A stretch of 64,000 nucleotides of DNA from Podarcis tiliguerta (Eukaryota). The position numbers and the translations under genes were made by a program. The stretch is taken from the NCBI GenBank assembly GCA_965153285.1, contig OZ229114.1; one strand, given 5' to 3'. The notes beneath the pieces were generated by a model that made no database searches, was not told the origin of the DNA, and worked only from the letters and a program-made list of their open reading frames with translations. Shown piece by piece: positions 13,608 to 26,127 of the stretch (its first letter is position 1; every line of letters starts with the position of its first letter).

Positions 13608-16600
13608 GTAAGCTTTCTTTGAGATGCCAGGTCTTTAAATACTCTTATAGGAGAAGAAAATGAATGAAAACAAAGTGATTGGCCTGCAACAGATACCTCT
13701 CATCTCCTCCCCCCTCCAAAAAAAAAAACAATTTTGGAGTCCCCCCTCCATAAAATTTTATTGAAGCTTTTTATTAAAGCTAATAGAAAGAAAACTGAGA
13801 AAGAAAGAAAAAAACCTCTCTCAGAGTTAGATCTTTATCCTTGTCTCACACAAAAGGGGTGCATAGTGTGGGCACATGATTTTGAGGGCACCCCTATGGA
13901 GGGATCTCCGTCCCACCCTGCATGCTGCCAGTGGTCTCTGGGACCTGGGGCCCAGTCTTGCCTTGCCACTGCACCCACGGCCCCCTCACTGAATGACCAC
14001 CAGGTGAGTGTTAGGGGGGATGCACCCACCAAGGGCCTGGGCTTCCCCTCTGCACAGGTGGGCAGGCAGCACAGTGTGGCCCTGTGAGCCCTCCATGCTC
14101 CACGCCCGTCCTGCAGCATCAGCGAGGGCTGGGTTGGTGCTGCAAATTTTGTCCACCCTCCCCACACACCTGTGAGTGTACTCACATACCCCAGGTGCCG
14201 GCAAAGGATGCAATGCCCCTCCCTGCTCTCACATGGGAGCTTCCCTTTCTTCTGCCACCCACTCACCCTGAGAGATCTTCCCTTCCCTGACTCTCACACA
14301 GGGCCCTTCATTAACCACCTGTCACCTTCATGTGCATACAATCACTTCAGTGACCCAGAGTAGAGGACACCAAATGAAATAATAATAAAGTAAAACAGAA
14401 ACAGAAATGAAGCAAGGGGGGAAAGGAGGAGAAGGAAACGGGAAGATAAAGTTCAGGTGCGCCACAAGCAACATGATCAGTTCTCACGACACCTCCCAGC
14501 AATAAACCTTGCGTCTCCCTTTTGTTAATTCTCACGCCATCCTGCAAGGGTTTTTCTCTTCCTTTTTCTGTTGAAGAAGCAAAAAATGTGTCTTGCCAGA
14601 TGCTGGGTAGCTGGCTAGACAGACTGGCCATTTGCGGGGAGCAGCATGTGTGGTCTCACAGCCCTGCTGTTTAGAGAGGGACCAGGGACCTGTCTCCTGA
14701 CATTGTAGCAGACAGCAGCACCAGATCTGGCTAGGCTGACATTTTAATGAAAGAGTTGTCAGACTCTTGACTACAGCGGGGGGGGGGGGGGAATGCACGC
14801 TACAGTAATAATTACCTGCCCTTGTACTCTTATCAAAGGTTAGGAAGCCAATTATTGACTCATAAAACTCAATGACATTGCTATTAGCCTGCAGTAGCAA
14901 AATTCATGGATGCGGGAAGAGAGAGAGAACAAAAATAACTTAGCTATGCCAGTTAACTTCATGTTTAGCCACAAGTAAGTTGTCATGGTCCATTATGGGA
15001 TGAGAACTATCTTGGGTCAACCCTCCCCCTCTTTTGTTATGTATGTAGGATGAAGCCTGTAATTGGTTTAATAGGTGGGGAAATTGGCTAAGGTAGAAAT
15101 CATACATTCACTTTAAGCAAGCCTGCCTTCTGAATAAGTGGGAGATAGGATTGAGCCATAAAGCCATATTTGGTGGGGATACATTTCGAGCTTTGAGGCA
15201 GCAAACTAAGGTCACAGTTGTGGGATTGTAAAGGTTATTTTCATTCTGGAGTCATAAGTGGCATTTGGAGAGCAATATAAAATATTAAAGGCCACCTTTC
15301 CTTCTAGGAATCACCAGCAATTTTTGCTGTAGTGGTCATTTAACCTGCATTTCCTTCAATATTTCAAAAAGGTGGAGGCATTGGTAATAGGAAAATGATT
15401 TTTAAATTTATAGATTTATTGATCATACTTCATTTTAAAATCCCCTGAAGGTGGATTAAATGTTTTAGTCTGCTTTGTAGATTCCTTTTATATTGTTGCA
15501 TTTTTATTTTAGAATTTAGTGATTGTGTTATTGTTTGATTTCTATCATTTTACACCACTTTGGGTGTCGTTTTTGCAAGAACCATATGAATAAATAAACA
15601 AAGCCCCTTGATGGCATTTCTGTTTTCTGGTAGGTTCTGTGCAGAACCTTGATGGCGAAGGAATTTGTCTGATCAGGCTTCCTGAAACAGGAACTTGGCA
15701 AAGCTCCCCTCCCCTATCCTCTCCTCCCTCCTTTCTTTTCTGCACTCTATGTGTTCAGTAAAACACATAAAGGAAGGGCAGCTATTTCAGGTTTATGGTC
15801 TCTGACACCAGAAGCGTCTGTAGCTTAATTAGAGGCTTGGATGACACTGTTTGCTTGTTTAGTGCTCATATTTGGGCCTTAGTATCTGACTGCAGCAGCA
15901 AAAACAGCTTGAGGATCAACCTACAGAGCAAGCAACATCATATCTCAAGTTGTTTGAATTTTTAATACCTTCTCAAAGTGTAGGACACTGCTGAAATACC
16001 TTGTGCTATTTTTATGGCATGCTTTTGTGCAACACTGGTGTTTATTTTTCCATAGAATTTTGGAACTGTTTGCTTGGGGTGGAATGAAGCAATGAAGACT
16101 TAGAATCTTTTACTGGTGCAGCCTCTGTGCAGTCAGTTTAACAAACTGGAAATGCTGATAAGTGTCTGCCAGAGAATTAGAATAGTCAGAGTTGCTTGGG
16201 GACAAGTGATAATTAAATCTATCCTGTGTTTGCAGCGTAGACGTGTTGATAGGCACATGCAATGTTCTGTTGTCTAGGCCAATATCATTTATGGCTCTTC
16301 AACTTAGCTGCAGGTAGATCTTTGGACCATGAAAGTAGAAATGGTTTGAATAAGTTTTAAAAAGCAAATAGCAGGTATTGGGCCCATATACACATCAGGA
16401 CTGAAGTGTCTTTAATGGTTTTCACCCATTGGTGGCCCAAATTCAGACTGGGGGGAGTCTGGTATCTGCTATTTGCATTGGAATAAAAAACCTATTGTCC
16501 TCCAGATGTTGCAGGACTACAGATCCCCTCATCTCGGCCCATTGCCCATGCTGGCTGGGGCTAATGGGAGTTGGAGTACAACAACATCTGTAGGGCACTA

Positions 16601-18547
16601 TGTTGTTTCTCCCAGCTTTAAAGAATACTGACTAAGCATACTCAAAACATAATGGGTGGGGTGTGGTGAGAGAATTGCCCAAGCTACTACATACTCTTCT
16701 TTGGCTGTGTAAGCGAGGAAAATCTGCCAGCTGGCATCTTCCTCAAGAACTTCACAGGGTGCACATCTGCTTTAAGGAAATCAAGAAATTAGTTTAAACA
16801 GAAGTGCCTCTTGAACGTAAAGCAATTTGGCAACAAAGTACATGTAGTCAAAGGCTATCTTCTTTACTTCTCTACCGACCGAGCAGGCAGCCTGGGAATT
16901 GGCTGTTTATCTTACTGTTTTGACACAGTATAACAGTTGCGGATGCCGGTCTGTTTGGTAGACTTTTGATTACTCTGCATTAACTTCATCCTAGAACATC
17001 CATGGAGTATAGACTATATTGTCAGCATTCATTAGCTTATGTTTTCCTGATGGCCATTCTGCATCAGATGGCTTCTGATGCAGGATGACATGGTTGTGGC
17101 CATGAGGAAGCTTTGGAATATATCTTCTAAGGTAGCCCTCTGCTGCTTCAGCCTTTAGCAGAAGGGTCAGAGTTCAGAACAGGACTGCATAGCTTTGCTC
17201 TTCAGTTAGCAGGTGCCAGTTTTGGTCTCAGGGAGGCAACCTGAACCCCGGAAGGAGAGATGAAGTTGTGTTGCCCTCCTTCTGTTCTTCAATGGGCCTA
17301 CCTCTTTGCCTTTTAATTATGAGTAATACGTTTTTAATGTATTTTTTTATGTTGTTTTTTATGTTGTAATTTAATTTTGTGAACAGCCCTGAGATCTACA
17401 GATGAACAGATCTACAAATTTAATAAATGATAACAACAACAATCATACTTCAGTCTTTAGACCAGTGTTTCCCAAACTTTTGCTTGCTGAAGCGCATTCG
17501 AATTAAATTTGAGGTGTGCTTCACTCTTACGCCCCAAAATGTTCCCTTTTATAATGTGCTAAGAGAAAGCACTGCTCACCTTTTCCAAAGTACACACACA
17601 TGCACACTGAAATATCCATTTCAAAGCAGGGATTTAGGGAGCCACAGGCACAATGCAGAAAACCAAGAGGATAAATTGCACAGGGCTTTAGCGAAACGGA
17701 CTGAAACTACAGCATTACGCTGATATTTATTTTTGATAAATAGCATTTGGTGATCCAGAATTAAGGTGTGATTATGAAGGTTTGTATATTTGATGCACCT
17801 CCCTGCTTTGGAAAATAAACAGTTCCACTGACCTTCTTGTGAACTGTCTCAGACATGCATTCTGAGTTCAACTCCACTAAGTAAGCAAGTTTCTTAAGAA
17901 AGGAAAGATTAATGTTATCTTGATGCAGGCTGATGAGGCAGGAAGAGATAATGGCTTTTAAGGATAATCTGCTGGTGCCTGTCACCATTAAAGCTCCTGG
18001 GGATATCCAAACAGACTCCTTGCCAAAACAGTTAAGAATCTTGATTATATCAAGATAAACTTAAGCAGAGAACAAAGAGGTGGAAACTATAGCATTGGTG
18101 AATAACAGCATAAACTCCTTATCTTTTATTGCGAATTTTATCCCTGTTTGTTTGTGGGGAAGAGATGCTTAAACTCCAGTCATAAACATCCCCCTCCTGC
18201 CCCTGGTTTCCAATGCATAACTAATTGCATAATAACTGGAGTACCACAAAGGGGAAGCAAAGGCTCATGTACTGTAGTCCTAGCTAGGTTCAGTGCCAGG
18301 TTGGTCTCACTCCTCAGTGCCTCCTTCTCCTCTGCCTTCAACTCCATGTGCACACTGGCTAATCAGACATAGTTCAGCCCTCTTTCTAGGCCTCTGCATG
18401 TCCAACAGCCTTGTGCTGGTATGTTGCTTTTAATAGACCCACCCACACTGCAGTGAGATCAGCATTCAAACTGCACTGTCCCTGCCGTCTGGCAACAGTT
18501 TTGTTCTGTGCAAAGTCCTTCCCACACAGCCATGACTTACAGTCCCT

Positions 18548-18548
<1 letters not shown>

Positions 18549-18578
<30 letters not shown>
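18549..18578 (+). repeat. (GCT)10 trinucleotide microsatellite
   Basis: Ten perfect GCT units in an intron. Confidence 0.95.
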
Positions 18579-19058
18579 AGGAAAGCAGGAATCTGCTTAC
18601 TGTCGGAAGAAAGAGAGTTGAGCTTTGCACATGACAGCAGCAGTCCGAGGACTGGTTCACACATGAATCACTTAATGACTGCATCATGACGCAGTGTCCT
18701 GGGTATGTATAGGAGCAACGACAGACCGCCAGCCGCCACATGGATCTTTCAGAGAGTGTGTAGGAACTTTCTGTATTGCTCCTGAAAAAGCAACATGAAC
18801 CTCTCATAAGGTCTGTCCATCCTTCTTGGGTGCTCAGCACAAAATGGGAGTTCACATGCCCCAAATACACTGATCAGAAAAATCCAGGGGGTGGAGAACA
18901 AGGGCAGAGGGGCTGGGCCCCATGCAACATGAGTGCACGGATTCTGCAGTACCCCTTGTTAGTGCAGCCCCCACCCACTCCTGTTGTTGATTAAAGGTGA
19001 TCAGTAATCACCTTTCATTTTTTAAAAAAATGCATAAACATTTGGGGTTTTGTTACTC

Positions 19059-19095
19059 GTAAAGGTAAAGGGACCCCTGACCATTAGGTCCAGTC
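19059..19095 (-). mobile_element. Sauria SINE 3'-end fragment (37 bp)
   Basis: Reverse complement of the 3' end of the copy at 36017-36326 (GTAAAGGTAAAGGGACCCCTGACCATTAGGTCCAG). Confidence 0.85.
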
Positions 19096-20871
19096 TTGTG
19101 TGCAAAATATTGATGGGATGAATACCTGGACAGAAGACTGTAACCTTGTCCTCAGCCATATCACAGAGTAGATCATTCAGATCCTTGTGGTGTGCAGTAA
19201 TGGTAGTATTGACTGTTCAGAAAAGGAGTAGTCTGCTTTTTACAGTCAATTAGTGTGATACTACTGTTTTATAGTGTTCAGAAGACCCACACTAAGAATT
19301 CAGTGTCCCACTTTGGTGGTTGACATCAGACCTACCCATTATTATATGAAAGCCCTGTTCTTGCTTCTCACATTTGTTCCATCCTTCCTCCAAAGACCTC
19401 AGGGTTTTGAACATGGGCCTCCCTGTATGAAGTCCTGAAGTCTACCTGATACACAACACTGTGAGTGAGTGAGGTGGGATCTGTGAGAGTGCGCAGCAAG
19501 CCTTTCTTTGTTGTGGCTCCTTACCTATTGAAGGCACAGCTCTGGGAGATGTGCCAAATGTCTTGACATCACTCATTCCTATGTCCCATTAAAATGGTTA
19601 GCTTTCAGGAAACATTTTTTCTGACAGTTTCGGATCTCGATTATTATAATTGATATATTAATTGGTCTTAATGAGTTCTTATGATTCCTGCTGCTTTTTT
19701 TGTTTTTTCTTGTCTTAACGAAATGTTATTTTAACCTCCGTGCTTTATTGATTCGTATGTTGCATTGAATTTTGGTTTCAGTTTTTAAATTGGCAGGCCT
19801 CTCAAAAACGATTATGTGTACGTGTCTTGCTGGACAGTTGGCAATGCATGGAGGTGAAAGCAAAAGCAAAATGCTTTTTAAAAAACAAACAAACTTCAAA
19901 ATGAAAACAAAACAAAACAAGGCAGACTCTGGCTTTTCTTCATGTGCCACTCCTTTTCATTATGAAAGGCAAATGCCTAGCAGTGTAGGAAGAAATGAAA
20001 ACAAATTAAAGGCATAAGCCCATCAAACATCGGTGTAGCCAGGATTTATGTTGGGGGGGAGGCAGAACCTCAGTTAAGTAATTTTATTGATTTACTTGAT
20101 TTGGCTTCCCCTCCCCCAACCCCCCGGCTTGGCTCTGTCCATGTCATCACGGACCCTGTGATGTTCATATTTTCTCTGTCCAGTTAAGGAGGCTTCCATA
20201 AGTGTATTACTTGGATCAGGAACTGTGGGCATCAAGCGAATACACACGGGAATCAGTCTTTCCTCGTTCCATTGCTTTCAGTGGTATTTACATTCAAATG
20301 CCCATCTATATTCTGGTGCAATTTGTGGGAAAATACATTTTTAGAGGACCAAAAAAGTTTTAAAATACATTTTGTTTTGTGGTTGTTGTTTGTTTGTTTT
20401 AAAAAAAATTAAGTGTCTTTTCCAGTTTCTCAAAAATACTCATAGCAAACAATCCTGATATACCACCCCAATAAACATTCCATGCATATATGATTTAAAT
20501 GACACAATCAAACATTGAGCACGTTTTTACAACAGTTTAGTGTTCATTAGAGCAATTCAGCGTCTTCTCTTCTCAGTCTTGTCCCAGAGTGAGCTGTGGA
20601 TAGCAGGTGGCGAGCGGAGATCATTGTTCTTTCCTGTGTCTTGAATAAGTGTCAACCATAGTTTCAAAATTGTCTTGGGTCTTTGTGTTCCTTAGTGCTC
20701 TGTGTTAGTTTCTCCACAAGAGCTGTGTTCCATAGTCTTTCTCACCTTGCCTCTAGAGCTGGACTGGGGATGGGAGTCTATTACAAACAAATGCATCGCG
20801 TTACATTTTCAAAACACCTATTAATTCCTCTTTCTGCCTCCCTGTTTCTTTTGTGTGTGTTTTACTTCCAG

Positions 20872-20970
20872 ATGGGGTATACCCCGTTACATGTTGGCTG
20901 CCATTATGGAAACATAAAGATAGTTAATTTTCTCCTGCAGCAGTTTGCAAAAGTTAATGCCAAAACGAAG
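20872..20970 (+). CDS. ANK3: ANK3 exon, ankyrin repeat (99 nt)
   Basis: ttccag|ATG...AAG|gtgaga; [33 protein letters not shown]. Confidence 0.97.
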
Positions 20971-21096
20971 GTGAGATTCCACTCTTCTCTCATACCCTTC
21001 CCTCCCACGCCTTTGTTTCCTTCCTCGGTTGTGTGTTTGGATGGAGTCTCCAGCGCCATTCTTTGTGGGCTGTTTTCTGCTTTGTCTCCTATTTAG

Positions 21097-21195
21097 AATG
21101 GCTACACCCCTCTGCACCAAGCAGCTCAACAGGGACACACCCATATAATCAACGTCCTGCTCCAGAATGGCGCATCACCCAATGAACTCACTGTG
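21097..21195 (+). CDS. ANK3: ANK3 exon, ankyrin repeat (99 nt)
   Basis: atttag|AAT...GTG|gtaaga; [33 protein letters not shown]. Confidence 0.97.
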
Positions 21196-21538
21196 GTAAG
21201 AGAGATGTAAAAGAGATCACACTCACCTTTTCTAGTCTATTCATCGTTTCCCTTTGGCAGCTGCTGCTGCTCTGCTTTTTGAGGAATTATATTGGTTTTA
21301 TAGAAGCGCAGTGAGGGGGGAAATGGGAATAGAATGGTACGGGGCACAGTAATTCTATATCTCAGCTAGGAGCAGTGAAATAACAGAGAAAGCCCTACTG
21401 GAGCGTTATCTGGCAGGGACATTCTTTCACGTTTTGCTCCACCAGCTCTACACTAGCATAGCTGAGAGGATCTTGGGGCCATTGGATCCATGGTAGACCC
21501 TGATCCACCCTTGTATTCAGAGAAAGCAACCTTTAGCT

Positions 21539-21791
21539 TTTGAGAGTCAGCGTGGTGTAGTGGTTAAGAACGTGGACTTATAATCTGGTGAACTGGGTTT
21601 GCTTCCCCGCTACTCCACATGCAGCTGCTGGGTGACCTTGGGCTAGTCACACTTCTCTGAAGTCTCTCAGCCTCACTCACCTCACAGAGTGTTTGTTGTG
21701 GGGGAGGAAGGGAAAGGAGAATGTTAGCCGCTTTGAGACTCCTTTGGGTAGTGATAAAGCGGGATATCAAATCCAAACTCTTCCTCTTCTT
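21539..21791 (+). mobile_element. Full-length tRNA-derived SINE with L2-like tail
   Basis: A box TGGTGTAGTGG, degenerate B box, GGGTGACCTTGGGCTAGTCAC core, (TCT)n tail; TSD TTTAGCT at 21532 and 21792. Confidence 0.85.
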
Positions 21792-22947
21792 TTTAGCTGT
21801 GCAACCCCATGCAAATTCATATATAATGCTCATAAGCACCAAGAGGTTTTCTCTGCAACTTAAGGCCCATGAAGTTTCTGGCCTTCATAAAATAAAGGTG
21901 GTCACCAGGGAATCCTGTTGCACATTGCATGATTACAAGCATGCATTGGTTCTTTGCACTTTGCATTTTCTGCAGGGACCCAGGAGTTAGCTACTGGGGT
22001 AGCCAAGGCAAACACAGTCACTACATGTAGTGGCCCTCAGTCATTATGCTCCTTGCCTAATCTCCGTGATGGAAGTGTGGTGTCTGATGAAACCCGGGGC
22101 ATATGTATGCTACAAGCAGAAACTCATTCAGCAATAATTCATTCTTCCCAGGAAACTCTGGACATTGTAGTTTTGTGTAGGGGCCTGGGAGTTTTCCTCT
22201 CACCAAGCAACCAGGGTTCTTTGGTAGGAAGCTGTGACATTATAGTGTAGATAGAGCCTCAGGAGACTCCTGGAAAAGAATGTTTTGCTCATAACTGCCT
22301 TCTGCGTCACATTAAGGCTGTGTTTGCACTCCTGTTTACTGGGCACTCGCAGCATTTTTAGTGCTGGGTTTTTAATCATTGTTGACACAACATTTTCCAA
22401 AATGCATATGTATCCTGTACTTTGTTATTAAATATTGCCGTTTCATGCTTCCCCCCCAAAAAACACCTTTGCGTAGGGTAAATACATCCCTGCCCCTGTC
22501 AACGCCCCCTGGTGGGTACACAAACAGTAACAAATTGGACACGAAAAGCTACCCTGATGTAAACAGCTGGGGGAGGGGAAGAGCTGTGAAATGCATGGCT
22601 GGGGAGAGAAACAACTTCCCTGTACTCTAAGAATTGCATCCAGAGTGTCCCTTGGCTCTGCAGTTTGAATTTGCCACCTACTTACTGAGTTACTTGTATG
22701 TAACAGTTGCAAATTAAGCATTGAGTTTACTTTGAGAACCAAACTGTCTGCAGTTCCAGCTAAATCTGAGCAGTGGACCATTTGCTTTGTGGGAAGCACA
22801 AGTTTTTCATTTGCCTCTTCTTCCAGTGGATTTCGCAACTGGTTTTAGACAGTTTGCTGAGCATAAGCAAACTGCACTTCTGGTTATCCCTTAAGCTGCA
22901 GATCCTGTTAACATGAATCTTTTTGATGAACATTTCATTTTGTTTAG

Positions 22948-23043
22948 AATGGGAACACTGCCCTTGCCATTGCCAAACGACTTGGCTACATTTCGGTCGT
23001 TGACACGCTAAAGGTGGTAACAGAAGAGACCATGACAACGATT
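22948..23043 (+). CDS. ANK3: ANK3 exon, last ankyrin repeat and start of linker (96 nt)
   Basis: tttag|AAT...ATT|gtgagt; [32 protein letters not shown]; ends in phase 0. Confidence 0.97.
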
Positions 23044-23453
23044 GTGAGTATGGCTACATTTTCAACAGTGAATGTCATGTCAGGTTTTTAATTTTTCTTT
23101 TACAGAGATACATTTGACTTAGTGCAGTCAGAGAGTATACAGCTGCTCAACTTAGAACAGGGCTGGGCAACTTGTCTTCAGAGTTATTTGATGCAGTGGC
23201 TGTCATAGCCCTGAAACTCCCTCCAGCCATTTCCCTAAGAAGATAAAGTTTCAAGGACTTACTTTTATTGAACTATGCTTGAAATAGGAACAGCAAAACT
23301 TTCCAATGGGGTGTTTCCATTGTTGAACAAGTTGCCCATCCCTGATTTAGGTATCACTATGTTGGGATGGGATTCTATCACATACTGGCAAATTCAGGTT
23401 GCACAATTAAAGCTGATGGGTGCTCTTGTGCAAGAAACCCCTAAATCAGGATT

Positions 23454-23484
<31 letters not shown>

Positions 23485-24827
23485 GCCATATGAAAAGTGA
23501 TGGGGGAAATGTACTGGAACATGTGGTGTAAAAATTGCTTGATGCAACATTGTGCTACAAATCTCAGCCAAATCAGGATGAGTTCTTAATAAATCGCCAA
23601 TGTAATCTAACCTGCCCACAAATGTTAAGGAATCTGTAGTTAAAACTCACTTCAGATTGGTAGATAACATGTAGTGTAGTGTAAATGAATGGAACCTGAA
23701 ATTTATCACTGGAGGGTTTTTTGTTTTTGTATTTATTTACTGCATCTATGTCCCACACCTGTGGATTTTTTTAGCTGAGTAATAATTAGTGTGGGAACAG
23801 CTGTGGGAGTGAAAAATCACACAGACCACCCAGGGAAACATAAATTAATGTTTGCTGTTGAGTATTTTTAACCAGTTCAAAGTAAGAGTTTGGCAACTGG
23901 AAAACTACTGCTGGGAGAAGCTGGAGCTTCTCACAGTTTAACCCCCACAGTTTATCATGCAAAAAGCAAAAGTGCTGTGTTACAATAAAGGCATTTGAGC
24001 CAAAACTCACACTGCAGGCCACAATTCAATATTTTCCCTGTTTTTATTATTGTTTGTTATTTCTATTTACATGTTTCGTATACTACCCAATAACAGATAT
24101 TAGTTAAGCTGTGCAGTTAACAGTAAGATTAAAACCATAGACAGTGCATCACCAAACACAATATAAAACTAAAGTACAGTAATATTTTCAAACCATTGGG
24201 AATGATTTCTCTCTTTTTATATTGAAAGTTTGTTTACATATCTCCATGACACCAATAATTTAAGTACAAAAGCCTTATTACAGCTTCTGCGGTTTTATTT
24301 GTCCCACCCCTGCAAAGCACTAGTGTAATAATTAAGACAACGAAGCCTCATTTAAAATGCCTCTTCATCCTTCAACTCAGATGTGCAAACCCTATGTCTT
24401 GCCCCCAGTGCATAGCTGAAGTATCTTGGATAAAGATACTAGTCTACCTTACAACATCGTTGTAAGAATTGCTAGCACAGTGAGTGCTGGATGGAATGAG
24501 TTCTAGGTGGAAGCTGAATATTGCAAGAGGGTTGTTGAGCTATTGCAAATGGGGCATTGGTAACTAGGTTTTTAAAAATCAGACTTATTTTGCAAAGGGA
24601 AAATCAGGATTGAAGGGGGGAAATATGGGCTATTATTTTGATGCCAATGGTGTTCTATGGATACTGCAAACAAAAACTGAGCACCCTGGAAGCATTCAAT
24701 ATATGTGTAAAGTGCTGAGCTTTTGGGGGTGGGCATTTTAAAAATATTAAATATTATTGAAATTGTCATTTCTCGTGAAGATTACTGGTAGTTTTAGTCT
24801 GTAATGATGTTTCTTTGTCCTTAACAG

Positions 24828-24900
24828 ACTGTCACAGAAAAGCATAAAATGAATGTACCGGAAACAATGAATGAAGTTTTGGACATGTCCGATGATGAGG
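24828..24900 (+). CDS. ANK3: ANK3 linker exon (73 nt)
   Basis: taacag|ACT...GAG G|gtatgt; [24 protein letters not shown]; phase 0-1. Confidence 0.96.
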
Positions 24901-25078
24901 GTATGTATAATGGAGCTGCTTCTTATTTCTCAGCACAAATGTATATTAAAACATTGTTGTTATTCAATCATTTTTGCGGGGAGGGGCAGGGCACTCAATT
25001 GTTTTGTTGAAATCGGGTATGTTTCCCACCCCAGCCGTTTATAATTGACCTAACGTTTTGTTCGCTTAAATTGTGCAG

Positions 25079-25141
25079 TTCGTAAAGCGAATGCCCCTGA
25101 AATTCTCAGTGATGGTGAATATATTTCAGATGTTGAAGAAG
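25079..25141 (+). CDS. ANK3: ANK3 63-nt frame-preserving cassette exon
   Basis: gtgcag|TT...GAA G|gtattt; VRKANAPEILSDGEYISDVEE, matching the mammalian ANK3 VRKANAPEMLSDGEYISDVEE segment; phase 1-1. Confidence 0.94.
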
Positions 25142-25607
25142 GTATTTCTTACTTTTTTTGTACTGCAGTGGGCTCTGCTCTTCAGCATTTCGATTTTCTA
25201 TTCTAACTTGACAAATCAAAGCTGCATATACACTACCATTTTGCAGAGCTTTTGCATAACTGGTGAAAACCCAACAAGATAGACTGACCTCTTCCTATCA
25301 GTAGTCTGTTTCTCTTTGCGTTGTGTTTACTGTCCTTGATTGCACAGCAGGCTAAGCTACATTTTAGCACAACATGGATCAACAGGAGCATTTAACAGTT
25401 GGCCTTCAACCTCCGCTCTTCTCCTCCTCGAAAGCTTTTGCCCCCGCTTTTAGTTTACGGTTTGTTGTGTCATCTGATGCAACAAACTGTGGTTTGGTTT
25501 GATCGATTGATTCAACGTATTACATTTCTATGCCGCTTTTCATTCAAATGAATCCCAAAGCGGCTTACAGACAATAAATAACAATAAATGACAGAACATA
25601 ATAGAAG

Positions 25608-25736
25608 CAGGGCCCTTATTCAGCTGGAATTCACCAGTTCCAGCACCTCTCAGGTGGGAGTCATTGCCATTATGAGAGAACAAGGGAGGCATTCATGGTG
25701 AGTTCCAGTACCTCTTTTTCTAGAAAAATAGCACTG
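25608..25736. mobile_element. hAT MITE
   Basis: CAG...CTG imperfect TIRs; 8-bp TSD AATAGAAG / AATAGAAC. Confidence 0.75.
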
Positions 25737-25895
25737 AATAGAACATCACAAATACAGTGTAAATCATATAAAAGAATGGTTGTACATCAATACAGCATTT
25801 ATAATCTATAAAACAATATTAACAACCTTAAAGTAGCAGCCATAAGATAAACTTAAACTATAAAGTTAAACTTATCTTAAACCATAAGATAAACT

Positions 25896-26035
25896 AAAAA
25901 AAAATTCTTTCCAGTAGCACCTTAGAAACCAACTAAGTTTTTTATTGGTATGCGCTTTTGTGTGCATGCACACTTTGGAAGGAATTTTTTTATTTTGTTT
26001 CGACTACGGCAGACCAACACGGCTACCTACCTGTA
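25896..26035. mobile_element. Penelope-like element terminal remnant with inverted segment
   Basis: CCAGTAGCACCTTAGAAACCAACTAAG...GTGTGCATGCACACTT followed by GGAAGGAATTTTTT...GCAGACCAACACGGCTACCTACCTG, resembling squamate Penelope termini from memory; flanked by ATAAGATAAACT at 25884 and 26036. Confidence 0.55.
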
Positions 26036-26127
26036 ATAAGATAAACTGTTAAGTTCAGTGTTAGGTTCACATTACCTATGGGTAATTTCAAACAAGCTGC
26101 TTTCAGATCTTTTCTTTCTTTCTTTCT
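26024..26127 (+). repeat. L1 target-site duplication, left copy (104 bp)
   Basis: Identical to 29290-29393 base for base, from TACCTACCTGTAATAAG to TTTCTTTCT. Confidence 0.95.

Noticed and set aside
18386-18689. Poly-alanine ORFs on both strands
   Set aside because: An artefact of the (GCT)10 microsatellite.
21543-21610. tRNA genes at A/B-box motifs (also near 36020 and 49340)
   Set aside because: These are SINE heads that continue into SINE bodies and tails, with no cloverleaf.
25911-25980. Possible hammerhead ribozyme in the Penelope-like remnant
   Set aside because: Penelope termini can carry minimal hammerheads, but the CTGANGA core is absent here and the GAAA box is mutated.
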